The translations under genes and the position numbers were made by a program. Source: the human T2T-CHM13v2.0 reference genome, Homo sapiens. From it: DNA of 64,000 bases. Location of the stretch: assembly GCF_009914755.1 (NCBI RefSeq), contig NC_060927.1; one strand, written 5' to 3'. Positions 1 through 17,782 of this stretch are shown piece by piece; the first letter of the stretch is position 1; each line of letters opens with the position of its first letter. The notes below the pieces were generated by a model that saw only the letters and a list, made by a program, of their open reading frames with translations, was not told the origin of the DNA and searched no databases.

Positions 1-115
1 TCACCTGAGGTCAGGAGTTTGAGACCAGCCTGGCCAACATGGTGAAACCCCATCTCTACTGAAATACAGAAATTAGCCGGGCGTGGTGGCGTGCGTCTCT
101 AATCCCGGTTACTCA

Positions 116-277
<162 letters not shown>

Positions 278-386
278 TCACACCTATAATCCTAGCACTT
301 GGGCACTTGGGGAGGCCAAGGCAGGAGAATCACTTGAGCCAAGGACTTCAAGACCAGCCTGGGCAACATGGTGAAACCCCATCTCA

Positions 387-551
<165 letters not shown>

Positions 552-920
552 TCAAAAAAGAAAAAAAAAAGGGATGAATTTAAGATAGGGCCTTTTTAAA
601 ACCACAACTCTCAGATGAGTTGGCACAAGAAAAGAAAATTTTTTAAAAAGATAAAACTGTAACCCAACCTCAATTCAGCTCAGTACCTGAAGCTAAGCGG
701 CCAATACTCTTCCTGCACAGCAGAAGAGAGAGTTAAGTCCTTTCTGGAAGAAAATAATATCATCTGGAGGTCTATAATTCTTTTAAGCAATATCTAAGAT
801 TCAAACTAGGCATGCCAAGAGACAAAGCCATATACATGATTATCAAGAAAAATACAATGGAAACAAACTCACACATGACCCAGATACCAGAGTAAGCATA
901 TAACAACATAAAAATAACTA

Positions 921-1266
<346 letters not shown>

Positions 1267-1377
1267 TTAAAAAAGATTGAAGGATAAAGCCTTTTACTAG
1301 ATAACTGAAATCTATAAAAACTAAATGTAAATTCCCAAACTGAAAGATACAATAACTGAAATTAAGAACTCAGGTTA

Positions 1378-1707
<330 letters not shown>

Positions 1708-2243
1708 CTAAATCCTAAAAAGAGAGCGGAGTGGAAGGGGCAGCAGCAGTGTTTTAAAAGAGAACGGCCACCTCTAGGGCCCCAAGCTTAGTTTCTAATG
1801 CCATTCTCCAACACATTGAACAGGGGCTCCTTGGAGAAATGGCTGAATTGTAGGGCTGGGGTAGGGAATGAACACAGTGGAGCTTCTGATAGTGCTGGAA
1901 AGTAAGGAAGTGCTCAAAGAAACCCACAATAGTAGAGTCAGTGGGACACAGGAATCCACTGAAAGCTCTCAATGGCCAAGCTGGAACAATTAGAACTACA
2001 AAATAAATAAAGTAGTATTGAATAATCATCCAAAGTATAAAATATCCATGAGTCCATGTTGAAATAAATGACAGAATACATAAATAAATGGGAGAGGAGA
2101 GACAAATTTCCTGTGCTGAAAATTCCAAAGAATTTACGCAGATACGATGCCCTTGAGGAGGTGGGTCATAACTCCCTGCTCTTTCAGTGTGGGCTGCACA
2201 CGATGATTTCCTCCTAATGAGTACAGGATGAACACGGAGGAAA

Positions 2244-2910
2244 TGAAACCGCCTTTGCAAAATGATGACTGAGACAGTGAAAGAGATCCAACCTAACCGA
2301 CTCCATCTTGCGTCTAACCTCCAAGCTGCCCTTGTTCATTCCTGGGCGTAGGCTGAACTAACTTGGGGGGAAACTTAATTTATAGTTTAAAACAAAGACG
2401 GTAACAGCCCTTTCCCAAAGCAGACCTCCTTCTTGCCGGGGGACTAGACTAACATTAGTCACAAGATTAGAAATGATGGTTTAGGAGCCATGCAGCTGGA
2501 GGCTACAAGATTCTGACCCTCCCTACACTGCTCCTAAGATCAGCGCTTGAGATATTTTGCAGACCCTGCACTTGATGGATCAGCTGGCACCACCCAGATG
2601 GATAAACTGGCTCATCTGATCTTGTGGCCCCGACCCAGGAACTGACTCAGCGCAAGAAGACAGCTGACTCCCTGTGATTCCATCCCTGATCAATCAGCAC
2701 TCCCGGCTCACTGGTTCTCCACACCCACCAAGCTGTCCTTAAAAACTCTGCTCCCCGAATGCTGGGAGAGACTGATTTGAGTAATAATAAAACTCCGGTC
2801 TCCCGCACAGCCGGCTGTGCGTGAATTACTTTTTCTCTATGGCAATTCCCCTGTCATGATGAATCGGCTCTGTCTAGGCAGCGGGCAAGTGAACCCACTG
2901 AGCAGTTATA
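2244..2910 (+). mobile_element. ERV1 solo LTR, LTR8 family (copy A), in DYNLT2B intron 3
   Basis: Starts TGAAACCGCCTTTGCAAAA, internal AATAAA ~2786, 4-bp TSD GAAA (2240-2243 / 2911-2914); inserted in an old L1 fragment. Confidence 0.85.
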
Positions 2911-3651
2911 GAAAGAGTAAGTTTATAGTAAAGAAACCTGAGAAGCATTAGCTCAGGCAGGGAGGCAAAGTTCATATGAACAGTAACATGTCATGTTGAC
3001 AGTATGTACCATTGATATGATATGACGAGAATGGCGTCTTACCTCTGTGATCTTCCTTCCAAAAACCTGTAACCTCAGACTAATCATTAGCAGAAAAATC
3101 CCAGTGAAGGAACATTCTACAAAACACCTAACCAGTACTCCTCAAAAAAGTCAAGGTGATGAAAAACAAGAAAGTCTGAGAAACTGTTACCGCCAAGAAG
3201 AGCCCAAAGAGACATTTAATGTGGTATCCTAGATAGAATCCTAAAGCAGAAAAAGGACATTAGGAACAAACCAGAAATCAGAACAAAGCTTTATTTGATA
3301 ACACTGTATCAATATTGTTTCATTAATTATAATAAATGTTCCATACTATGTAGATGTTAACCATAGGGAGTCCGGGTGCGGTAGATGATGCCTGTAACCC
3401 CAGTGTTTTGGGAAGCCGAGGCAGGAGGACTGGTTAAGCCCAAGAGGTCAAAGCTGCAGTGAGCCACGGTTGCACCACTGCACTCCAGCGTGGGCGACAG
3501 AGCAAGAACTGTCTCAATAGCATAATTACTATTCTTACAGTAACAGGGAAACTGGGTGTGGAGTATACGCTAACTCTGCAACTTTTCTATAAATCTAAAA
3601 CTATTTTAAAATAAAAACTTGGTTTTTTTATTTTTTTATTTTTTGAGATAG

Positions 3652-3789
<138 letters not shown>

Positions 3790-3943
3790 TAATTTTTTGT
3801 AATTTTAGTAGAGACAGGGTTTCGCCAGGTTGGCCAGGCTGGTCTCGAACTCCTGACCTCAAGTGATCCACCCACCTCGGTCCCCCAAAGGGCTGAGATT
3901 ACAGGTGGGAGCCACTGCACCTGGCCAAAAACTGTTTTTTTTA

Positions 3944-4150
<207 letters not shown>

Positions 4151-4543
4151 CTACAGCCTGGGAGACAAAAGCGAAACTCCATCTCAAAAAAAAAACAACA
4201 AAAAAATCAATCCATAGATTCAAGAGACTCTGAGTGCTCTAAGCAGAATAAATACAAAGAAAGTAATAGTGGCTAGAGAGGACATACCATCTTAAATTGA
4301 ATAATAAAACTTACAGCTGACTTCTCAACAGAAACAATGGAAACTAGAAGACAAGGTAAGCACTTATCTACCTACCTACCTACCTACCTATCTGAGGCAG
4401 GGTCTCACTCTGTCACCCAGGCTGGAGTACAGTGGCACAATCACGGCTTACTGCAGTCTCAACCTTCCTGGGCTCAAGAGGTCCTCCCACCTCAGTCTCT
4501 CAAGTAGCTGGGACCACAGGCGTGTGCCACCATGCCCGGCTAA

Positions 4544-4678
<135 letters not shown>

Positions 4679-5188
4679 TGATGGGAAACTTTATAATAGA
4701 TGGATCCATCTGACAATATCTGAACTCCATGATCAACCTTAACAAAGCAAAAAGAGATGACCAGCTATTTTGTACCTTCTGAGAAGATGCAATAGGATGT
4801 ATAGAAAACAGTATTTCCCCAACCTCAAACCTATGGCTAATTAAGACTAGATCTAACTACTTATTTTCAAGAAGTACAGGAAATAGAAGACATATTAAAC
4901 AATACCATAGGTATATAATCAGCAACTGCCAGAATATAGGAAACTCTACAGGACAAACAAACCAATTTCTTCAACAAATAAATGGCAGGAAAAAATAAAT
5001 AAATAAATAACTGACAGGGCACAGTGGCTCACGCCTGCAATCCCAGCACTTTGGGAGGCCAAGGTGGGTGGATCACCTGAGGTCAGGAGTTGGAGACCAA
5101 CCTGGCCAACATGGTGAAACCCCATCTCTACTAAAAATACAAAAATTACCTGGGCGTGGTGGTGAGCGCCTGTAATCCCAGCTACTCA

Positions 5189-5302
<114 letters not shown>

Positions 5303-6435
5303 TCAAATGGCAGGATTAAAAGAAGAAAGAGAGAAATGAGGCAGCAAAAACAACACATTGAAGTAAATTTAAAGCCAGATGCTGTGGTGTGCACCTATAG
5401 TCCCAGCTACCTGGCAGGCTGAGGTGGGAGGATCACTTGAGCCCAGGAGTTCTAGTCTGTAGTGTGTTATGATCACATCTGTGAATAGCCACTGCACTCC
5501 AGCCTGGGCAAGATAGCAAGATCTTACGTCTTAAAAAAAAATCCTAATTTACATATTAACCAAATGCAATGTGTGGACCTTGTTTGAATCTTAATTTGAA
5601 AAAATTGTAAAAAGAAAATAATAGGTCTGGCATGGTGGTTCAAGCCTATAAGTCCACCACTTTAGGAGGCCAAGGCTGGTGAACTGCCTGAGCCCAGGAG
5701 TTTAAGACCAGACTGGCCAACAGAGTGTGACCCATCTCTGCGAAAAAAAAAAAAAAAAGAAAGAAAGAAAATTAGCCAGGTGTGGTGGTGCACACCTGCA
5801 GTCCCAGCTACTCAGGAGGCTGAGGCAGGAGGATCACTTGAGCCCAGGAGGCCAAGGCTGCAGTGAGTTGTGATAGTGCCATTGCACACCAACCTGGGTG
5901 ACAAAATGAGACCCTGTCTCTTTAAACAAAAAAAAAAGAAAAGAAAGAAAACACATACATACATATATGAGGCATATCTGAATAATAACAGCATATTTTA
6001 TGATATTAAGGACTGACAATATTTTAGAGATAATAAAGATATTTTATTTATTTATTTTTGAGACAGAGTCTTACTCTGTCACCCAGGCTGGAGTGCAATG
6101 ACACGATCTTGGCTCACTGCAACCTCCACCTCCTGCGTTGAAGTGATTCTCCTGCCTCAGCCTCCTGAGTAGCTGGGACTACAAGCGCACGCCATCACAC
6201 CCGGCTAATTTTTAGTAGAGACGGGGTTTCGCCATGTTGGCCAGGCTGGTCTTGAACTCCTGACCTCAGGTGATCCACCCGCCTCAGCCTCCCAAAGTGC
6301 TGAGATTACAGGTGTGACCCATCACACCCGGCCCTTCTCACTCTTGTAAAGGCACTCTTACTGAATTGTCCAAAGGACAGATACCTCATAAGAAATATAG
6401 ATGACTAAAACAAGAAGGAAAATCCAGCTACTCAC

Positions 6436-6505
6436 AATACTCCTTCACCTCTTTGTTCTCCAATCACTACTTGCACCACCATTTTGTATCGGTCAAATCC
6501 CATTT
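6436..6505 (-). CDS. DYNLT2B: DYNLT2B exon 3 (later exons lie left of the window)
   Basis: Acceptor tttctttctag|AA, donor ATT|gtgagt; 70 nt encoding (E)MGFDRYKMVVQVVIGEQRGEGV(F), the conserved Tctex-1 RYK..QVVIGE motif; not in the ORF track. Confidence 0.93.
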
Positions 6506-6814
6506 CTAGAAAGAAAAAATAAGGTTATTTATAAGCAAATATGTAGTAAAATTACTTATTGAAGACAAATTTGCCCAGAAATGGACATAAACATTCAATC
6601 CACAAGTACTTAATGAATATGGTGGTAAGCTTGGGGGTCAGGAGGACGTGAAGGCAGATCCTAACTATAACTCAGCAAGTGTATAACCTCAGAAAGTAAT
6701 TTAACTTTTCAGTTTAAGTCTCCCTTATTAAACAGGAATATCAGTACCTACCTCCCAAGGTTGTTATAAGGTTAGGTAAGATATAGTAGTATCTTTTTTT
6801 TGTTTTGTTTTTGA

Positions 6815-7132
<318 letters not shown>

Positions 7133-7395
7133 TAAATACTAGTCCTTCAATAAACCTTAGCTTCCTTCCTTTTTCCCCTACTATAAGTCAGCTAGTGAGC
7201 TGAACCTTCAAGATAGAGAAATAAATAAGACGTTTTTCTTGCCTTAAAGAACTCACAGTAATAAAGAACTCAAAGGAAAATAGAAAAATAGGCCGGGCAC
7301 GGTGGCTCACGCCTGTAATCCCAGCACTCTCAGAAGGTGAGGCCAGTGGATCACCTGAGGTCAGGAGTTTGAGACAAGCCTGGCCAACATGGTTA

Positions 7396-7791
<396 letters not shown>

Positions 7792-8403
7792 TCAGCCCCA
7801 TCTCCCCACACGTCCGAGAACGAGGGGCATGTGCACAGCAGGAGAGCATGGGATCTCCAAGAAACTGTAAGCTGTTCAGTAAGACAGACAAGAAAAAAAA
7901 TGAAGATTCCAGAGCAAAACGAGGTGATCCAGCACCATTTAGCTGTTTACTCCAGAAACTACGTTGCTAAAGCAGCAAAATCCTGAAAATTCTCACTAAC
8001 ACCAAGTCTGAAGAGAAAAAAATGGAATGGGCATTTTTGAATCTTTCTACTTTTTTGACCAAGGAATAGTGGAAAGAGTTTTAAAAAAACAAAAGAAGTG
8101 AAATAAGCGAAGCTGAAAGAGCCAGCTCTCTCTGATGAACGTGCAGGTTCCAAGATTACACTGTAAACGGGACAATCTGAAGACTACAGGCAATCTCCCA
8201 TGTGGGGCATGAACCTGATTCAGAGTGTGTAAAGACAGAGTCCAAGTTATTTTTAAAAAACACTGCACACAACTCAGCTGAGCTTCCTCCTTTCTCTAAC
8301 CAATCCCAAATTATACAGAAATGTGTCTAGAATAATACTCAGCCCTTAAATCACGGTTCTGAGGGGAAAATAAAATAGTCTCAGATATGGTGGGGAGGGG
8401 AAC

Positions 8404-8528
8404 TTAAAAAAAAAACCCACACCATATCAGAGCAATTAAAAATCCCCCACATCATATCAGAGCAATTAAAAATCCCCCACATCATATCAGAGCAATTAAA
8501 AATCCCCCACATTATATCAGAGCAATTA
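8404..8528. repeat. 30-bp minisatellite, about 4 copies
   Basis: (TTAAAAATCCCCCACATCATATCAGAGCAA)n. Confidence 0.9.
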
Positions 8529-9329
8529 TGATGTATGGGCACAACAAAATGAAATGCAGCCAAATGGCAATAAACAAAGATGCAATAGCAAAAACAAAAG
8601 AGTAACAAAGAAGAACAAAGCTTCTGCTGGGTGCCATGGCTCACGCCTGTAATCCCAGCAATTTTGGAGGCTGAGGCGGGAGGATCTCTTAAGGCCAGAA
8701 GTTCAAGACCAGCCTAGGCAGCATGACAAGACCACCATCTCCACAAAACAATTTTTCTTTTTTTCTTTTTTTTGAGATGGAGTTTCACTCTTGTTGCCCA
8801 GGCTGAAGTGCAATGGCGTGATCTCAGGTCACCACAAACTCTGCCTCCTGGGTTCAAGCAATCTTCCTGCCTCAGACTCCCGAGTAGCTGGGATTACAGG
8901 CATGAACCACCACACTTGGCTACTTTTGTATTTTTAGTAGAGATGGGGTTTCTCCATGTTGGTCAGGTTGTTCTCGAACTCCTGACCTCAGGTGATCCAT
9001 CTGCCTCGGCCTCCCAAAGTGCTGGGATTACGGACGTGAGCCACCACACCTGGTCCACAAAACAATTTTTCAAAAAATATTGAAGAAAAGAAAGAAACTT
9101 CCAGTGGAAGGAAGGAAGAAGGAAGGAAAGAAGGAAGGAAGGAGCTGTGTAAGAGAAAAAATTTGGCTGGGCACGGTGGCCCACACCTGTAATCCCACTT
9201 TGGGAGGCTGAGGCGGGTGGATCACTTGAGGTGAGGAGTTTGAGACCAGCCTGAACAACATGGAGAAATCCCATCTCTACTAAAAATACATTAGCAGGGC
9301 GTGGTGGTGCACGCCTGTAATCCCAGCTA

Positions 9330-9431
<102 letters not shown>

Positions 9432-9567
9432 TCAGTCCAAAAAAAAAAAAAGAAAAGAAAAGAAAGAAAAAAATCAACCTAGGAAGTAATACAAATCAAG
9501 GAACGAAGAGTTATTCCTCACAATTAATTCACAATACTAGAACAATGTAAGCTTATAAACTCAATGA

Positions 9568-10542
<975 letters not shown>

Positions 10543-11157
10543 TAAGCAACATAAAGAGATGAAAAGAAAGACCACGGCCCTAGGGAACAAACAGAATACC
10601 CAGAAAAGATCATTCCAGAACTAATAAATTCAAAATGGCAAGAAAAAAGACACAAATGAAAACAATTACTGGTTTAAGAAAATCACAAGTAAATGGCAAT
10701 AAAAAAGGAAGAAGCCTGGGCAAAATGGCAAAACCCCGTCTCTACAAAAAATACAAAAATTAGCCGGGTGTGGTGGCAGGCGCCTGTAGTCCCAGCTACT
10801 TGGGAGGCGGAGATGGGAGGATTGCTTGAGGCTGCAGTGAGCCAAGACTGCGCCACTGCATTCCAGCCTGGCCAACAGAGTGAGACCCTGTCTCAAAAAA
10901 AAAAAAAAGAAGAAGAAAGAAATTATGGCAAAGAAAAACTAATAAATATAGAAGACAAAGATGGCTCAACATAACAATATTTGGTGTCCTGAAGAAAAGG
11001 AAGTAACAAATGGAATAGGAAACATATTCAGAGATATAAGGAAATTTCCTTTATATGGAAAGAATAAAGTCTGCAGATTGAAAGCTATAAAATGCTCATT
11101 AGAAAGTCAGAATCTTTAGAAAAGCTACTGAGCATAAAGGTGAAGATGAGGATTATT

Positions 11158-11188
<31 letters not shown>

Positions 11189-11917
11189 TTTTGAGACAGC
11201 GTCTCGCTCTGTTGCCCAGGCTGGAGTGCACTGGCACGATCCCAGCTCACTGCAACCTCCTTCACCCCCCAGGTTCAAGCAATTCTCCTGTCTCAGCCTC
11301 CCAAGAAATCCCAGCACTTTGGGAGGCCGAGATGGGTGGGTCACCTGAGGTCAGGAGTTTGGGACTAGCAAGCCCGGCTAATTTTTGTTTTGTTTTTTTG
11401 AGACAGAGTTTCGCCCTTGTTGGCCAGGCTTGAGTGCAATGGTGCAATCTTGGCTCACTGCAACCTCTGCCTCCTGGGTTCAAGCTATTCTCCTGTCTCA
11501 GCCTGGGATTACAGGCATGCGCCACCACGCCTGGCTAATTTTGTATCTTTAGTAGAGACAGGGTTTCTCCATGTTGGTCAGGCTGGTTTCGAACTCACAA
11601 CCTCAAGTGATCCGCCCGCCTCGGCCTCCCTAAGTGCTGGGATTACAGGCGTGAGCCACCATGCCCAGCCCCTAAATTTTGTATTTTTAGTAGAGACGGG
11701 GTTTCACCATATTGTTCAGGGTGGTCTCAAACTCCTGACCTCAGGTAACCCACCTGTCTTGGCCTCCCAAAGTGCTGGGAATACAGGCGTGAGCCACCAC
11801 GTCCAGCCAAAGGTGAGGATTCCTTAAGCAGAGAACATCAAGCTGGGCTCAGATTTCTTGACAACAAGTTACCACTGAATGTCAGAGGGCAATGAAGCAC
11901 AAGGGTCAAGAAAATAA

Positions 11918-12334
<417 letters not shown>

Positions 12335-12347
12335 TGAAAACAACTTA

Positions 12348-12629
<282 letters not shown>

Positions 12630-12870
12630 TCATTTGTCCATGTATATGGACATGTAGAAGTCTGTTGTAATGTTTGCCTAGTATTAATGATTTTTTTTTT
12701 TTTTTTGAGACAGAGTCTCACTCTGTTGCCCAGGTTGCAGCACAGTGGCATAATCTTGGCTCACTGCAATCTCCGTCCCTGGGCTCAGGTGATCCTCCTG
12801 CCTCAGCCACCCGAATAGCTGGGACTACAGATGCACACCACCAGCCCGGCTAATTTTTGTATTTTTCTAA

Positions 12871-13113
<243 letters not shown>

Positions 13114-13393
13114 TAAAAAGTCTAAAAACAAAAATGCTAATATACTAACAGCAGTTAATTCTGGGTGATAGAAATACACAGGATTGCTATTCTTTGTACT
13201 TTTCTGTATTTTTTAATTTCTTAAACTAAAAACAAATTCAGAAAAAAACAATAAACACAAATATTAAATAGTAACTGCCTTTGGTTAATATTTTAAAACT
13301 TTAAGGGGCCAGGCACAGTGGCTCACGCCTGTAATTCCACCACTTTGGGAGGCCGAGGCGGACGGATCACCTGAGGTCAGGAGTTCGAGATCA

Positions 13394-13597
<204 letters not shown>

Positions 13598-13793
13598 TTA
13601 TGGATACTTTTTTGTATTGTCTAGGTTTATTACAACGAGCATGTATTACTTTTATGAAGATATTCCTTCTCTTCAAAAAATGATGTCTTCTAAGAAGAGC
13701 AGATGGAAATAGGCCGGGCACGGTGGCTCACATCTGTAATCCCAGCATGTTGGGAGGCCAAGGCTTGCAGATCTCTTGAGGGTCAGGAGTTCA

Positions 13794-13985
<192 letters not shown>

Positions 13986-14705
13986 TCAGACGGTAAAACA
14001 TTATTAACAAAAGAGAGAGACCAGGCGCAGTGGCTCACACCTGCAATCCCAGCAGTTTGCGAGGCCTAGGTGGGAGAATCACTTGAGGCCAGGAGCTCAA
14101 GATCAGCCAGGGCAACATGGCAAGACACCATCTCTACAGAAAAATTTAAAAATTAAAAAATTAGCCAAGCACGGTGGCACAAGCCTGTAGACCCAGCTAC
14201 TTGGGAGGCTGAGATGGGAGGATCGCTTGAGCCAGGAGGTCAAGGCTGCAGTGAGCCATGTTCACACCACTGCACTCCACCCTGGACAAAACAGCAAGAC
14301 CCTATTTCAAAAACAAAACAAAACAAAAAAAAACAAAACAATCAGAGAGACAAAGAGAACAGGGTAGGAAAAGCACAAAATATGCTCTACAGATGTAGTT
14401 TGGTAGGGGTCGAGGGTTGAGTAAGGGAAGTAGCTAAGGATTAGGGAGGAGAGATGGACTGCAGGTACTAAATGCCAGGCTGAGGACTTGACAGCTTGGG
14501 GGAAGAAACAACCAAGAAATACAGGGGAAAGGAGTCCCTGTACTTTCTGGTCTTTCTGAATACTAAGATTTTTTGGACAGTGTTTTATTTCACATCTTCA
14601 CTCTTTTCCCCCATCTGCAAAAACTTACATGAGTAAAAGTCACCAAATAATTAGAGAAGACAAGACACTGAAGAAAAAGTTGTCTTTAATAGAATCCACA
14701 GCTAA

Positions 14706-14984
<279 letters not shown>

Positions 14985-15252
14985 TGATCCACCCGCCTCG
15001 GCCTCCCAAAGTGCTGCGATTACAGGCGTGAGCCACTGCGCCCGGCCTTTATTTTGCTTTTTAATACACATGAGGTCGGCTGGGCGCGGTGGCTCATGTC
15101 TGTAATCCCAGCACCTTGAGAGGCCGAGGCGGGTGGATTACCTGAGGTCAGGAGTTTGAGACCAGCCTGACCAACATGGAGAAACCCCGTCTCTACTAAA
15201 AATACAAAATTAGCCAGGCGTGATGGTGCATGCCTGTAATCCCAACTACTCA

Positions 15253-15357
<105 letters not shown>

Positions 15358-15584
15358 TCAAAAAAAAGAAAAATAGACATGAGGCCTCACCATGTTGCCC
15401 AGGCTGGTACTGAACTCCAGAGCTCAAGCAATCTTCCTGCCTTGGCATGCTAAAGTGTTGGGATTGTAGGCGTGAGCCACCACACCTGGCCCCAATGTCC
15501 TTTGTTTAAAGATGGAGAGGGGGCAAATGGGTAATACTGACTCTGTGAAGAGAATGAGTCATTTCCAGTTATCACCATGATTAC

Positions 15585-15718
15585 CTTTTAATTTATCTTT
15601 AATGTTTTCTGATAAATGTTTTGTAAGCTGAGGCATTTCTTCTGGAGAATATTCAGCATTTGCCAGTTCCTCCTTGAGCACAGCATGGATACAGTCTTTA
15701 ACCACAGAGGGCCTGAAC
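15585..15718 (-). CDS. DYNLT2B: DYNLT2B exon 2
   Basis: Acceptor ttccattcag|G, donor AAG|gtaatc; 134 nt encoding FRPSVVKDCIHAVLKEELANAEYSPEEMPQLTKHLSENIKDKLK (Tctex-1 domain). Confidence 0.95.
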
Positions 15719-16293
15719 CTGAATGGAACAATTTGTGAACATCCAGTCGGTGACTCCACAACCCCAGCTTACCTTCATACCGCAACTTCTCCCATCTTTT
15801 TGTCATTAGTACCACTTAATCCTTCTTTTTCATATTTTTTTATTATAAAATATAAACAAATTAAGACAAATCATAGGCCACATGTGTATCTTCAACCTGG
15901 ACCTGCACTGAACTTCAACACATTCCAACTCATGCTCCATATGAATGTTTATTAGGCAACTCAATACATCCAATAATGAGCTTCTCATACTCCCCTCTCC
16001 CCCAAAACAAAATATATACTTGTTGTTAATTTTGTTCTGCACGCTTTCACAAAATAAAATAAAATAAAATAAAATAAAAAAATACGGCTGAATGGCATTC
16101 TGGGCATTCAGAACCTTTTACCAAGATAACTGAGGGTATCTTTCTCTGTGTTCATTCTACCCAAGGGAAAAATCCTGTATGAAATTTGTATCACTTTTTC
16201 TGTGAGTTACCAAGAGAATAAAAATAAACAAAGAAATTTGTATCACATTATAATCAAAATTCCTGTTTTCCATATTTGCCAAGCAAATATGGG

Positions 16294-17095
16294 GTGTGTG
16301 TGTGTGTGTAAAGTTAGTGATCTTACAAACCTAGCTGAGTACCCTCTGCTCTGGCCCGTGAGCCTGACATTTTTTTCAGTGTGTGTGTGTGTGTGTGTGT
16401 GTTGTGTGGTGTGTGTGTGTGTTGTGTGGTGTGTGTGTGTGTGTGTAAAGTTAGTGATCTCACAAACCTAGCTGAGTACCCTCTGCTCTGGCCCGTGAGC
16501 CTGACATTTTTTTCAGTGTGTGTGTGTGTGTGTGTGTTGTGTGGTGTGTGTGTGGTGTGTGTGTGTGTGTGTAAAGTTAGTGATCTTACAAACCTGAGTA
16601 CCCTCTGCTCTGGCCCGTGAGCCTGACATTTTTTTTCAGTGTGTGTGTGTGTGTGTGTGTGTGTTGTGTGTGTGTGTGTAAAGTTAGTGATCTTACAAAC
16701 CTAGCTGAGTACCCTCTGCTCTGGCCCGTGAGCCTGACATTTTTTTTCAGTGTGTGTGTGTGTGTGTTGTGTGTGTGTGTGTGTGTGTAAAGTTAGTGAT
16801 CTCACAAACCTAGCTGAGTACCCTCTGCTCTGGCCCGTGAGCCTGATATTTTTTTCAGTGTGTGTGTGTGTGTGTGTGTGTGTTGTGTGGTGTGTGTGTG
16901 GGTGTGTGTGTGTAAAGTTAGTGATCTCACAAACCTAGCTGAGTACCCTCTGCTCTGGCCCGTGAGCCTGACATTTGTGTGTGTGTGTGTGTTGTGTGGT
17001 GTGTGTGTGTGTGTGGTGTGTGTGTGTGTGTGTGTGTGTAAAGTTAGTGATCTCACAAACCTAGCTGAGTACCCTCTGCTCTGGCCCGTGAGCCT
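16294..17095. repeat. Compound VNTR: 7 copies of a ~70-bp core separated by variable (GT)n tracts
   Basis: Core TAAAGTTAGTGATCTYACAAACCTAGCTGAGTACCCTCTGCTCTGGCCCGTGAGCCTGACA(T)nCAG starting at 16309, 16446, 16572, 16679, 16788, 16913, 17039. Confidence 0.95.
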
Positions 17096-17578
17096 TAATC
17101 CTAGCGAGGGCTCGCTGCGGTGGTCTAAGGGCCTCCAGATCCCACCCGGGTAGGACTTCGCACAGATGCAGCTCCCGCGCCGGGAGTGAGCCCATCCTGG
17201 CACCCGTGTGCACAGTCACCCTCGAATCACGGCTGAACGGCATCCGACGCGAGTGGCTTCCTGCCTCTATTCTACCCATCTCCTTACTCAGGACGCCATC
17301 GCGGGTTTCCCAGGGCCAACCATTCCCGCCGCGCCAGCCTAAGACGCGCCCGGCGCCCAAACACTGAGGAAGCGGGTGGGGTCCCCTGCGGCCCCTGCAG
17401 CGGGAGGGGCGCCCGGACGTCACAGCAGGGCCGCCCGCCCGCCTCGCGGCCTCCCGCCTCCCGCCCCGCGGACCCCGCGCGTCCCCCGCGCTCCTTCCGT
17501 GGCCCAGGTCCCAGGCGAGCTCCGCCCCTCAGACCAGCGCGCTCGAGGTCGCCCCGCCACACCCCGTCCTCTACCCGC

Positions 17579-17691
17579 CTCTGCTGGAAAACAGGCCGCA
17601 GAATATAGGTGTTCTCGGGCTCCCCTGCGTTCTTCTCAGCCTCAGGCACCCCGTCGCCCACCGAGAAGGACACTCCGATGGACGTGGCCAT
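17579..17691 (-). CDS. DYNLT2B: DYNLT2B (TCTEX1D2) coding exon 1, dynein-2 Tctex-type light chain
   Basis: ATG at 17691; encodes MATSIGVSFSVGDGVPEAEKNAGEPENTYILRPVFQQ(R); 113 nt, ends AG|GCGGGT (GC donor), phase 2, joining in frame to exon 2. Confidence 0.95.
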
Positions 17692-17768
17692 GCCGGGGCT
17701 TCTCGGTCCGGGCGTAGCTCGCGATGAAGGCCTAGCGGGTTGCGGTCGCGGCCGGCAGCAGGGAAAGC

Positions 17769-17782
17769 GTCTCCAGGGCAAC
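17769..17782. promoter_or_regulatory. RFX X-box motif
   Basis: GTCTCCAGGGCAAC (rc GTTGCCCTGGAGAC) fits the 14-bp X-box, ~80 nt upstream of the ATG of a ciliary gene. Confidence 0.7.

Noticed and set aside
1766-1781. Possible CTCF site (GGCCACCTCTAGGGC)
   Set aside because: Several core mismatches and inside an old repeat; not supportable from sequence
16294-17095. CRISPR-like repeat/spacer appearance and Cys/Val-rich ORFs
   Set aside because: Spacers are (GT)n microsatellite, repeats are ~70 bp, no cas genes, human intron; the ORFs are translations of the repeat
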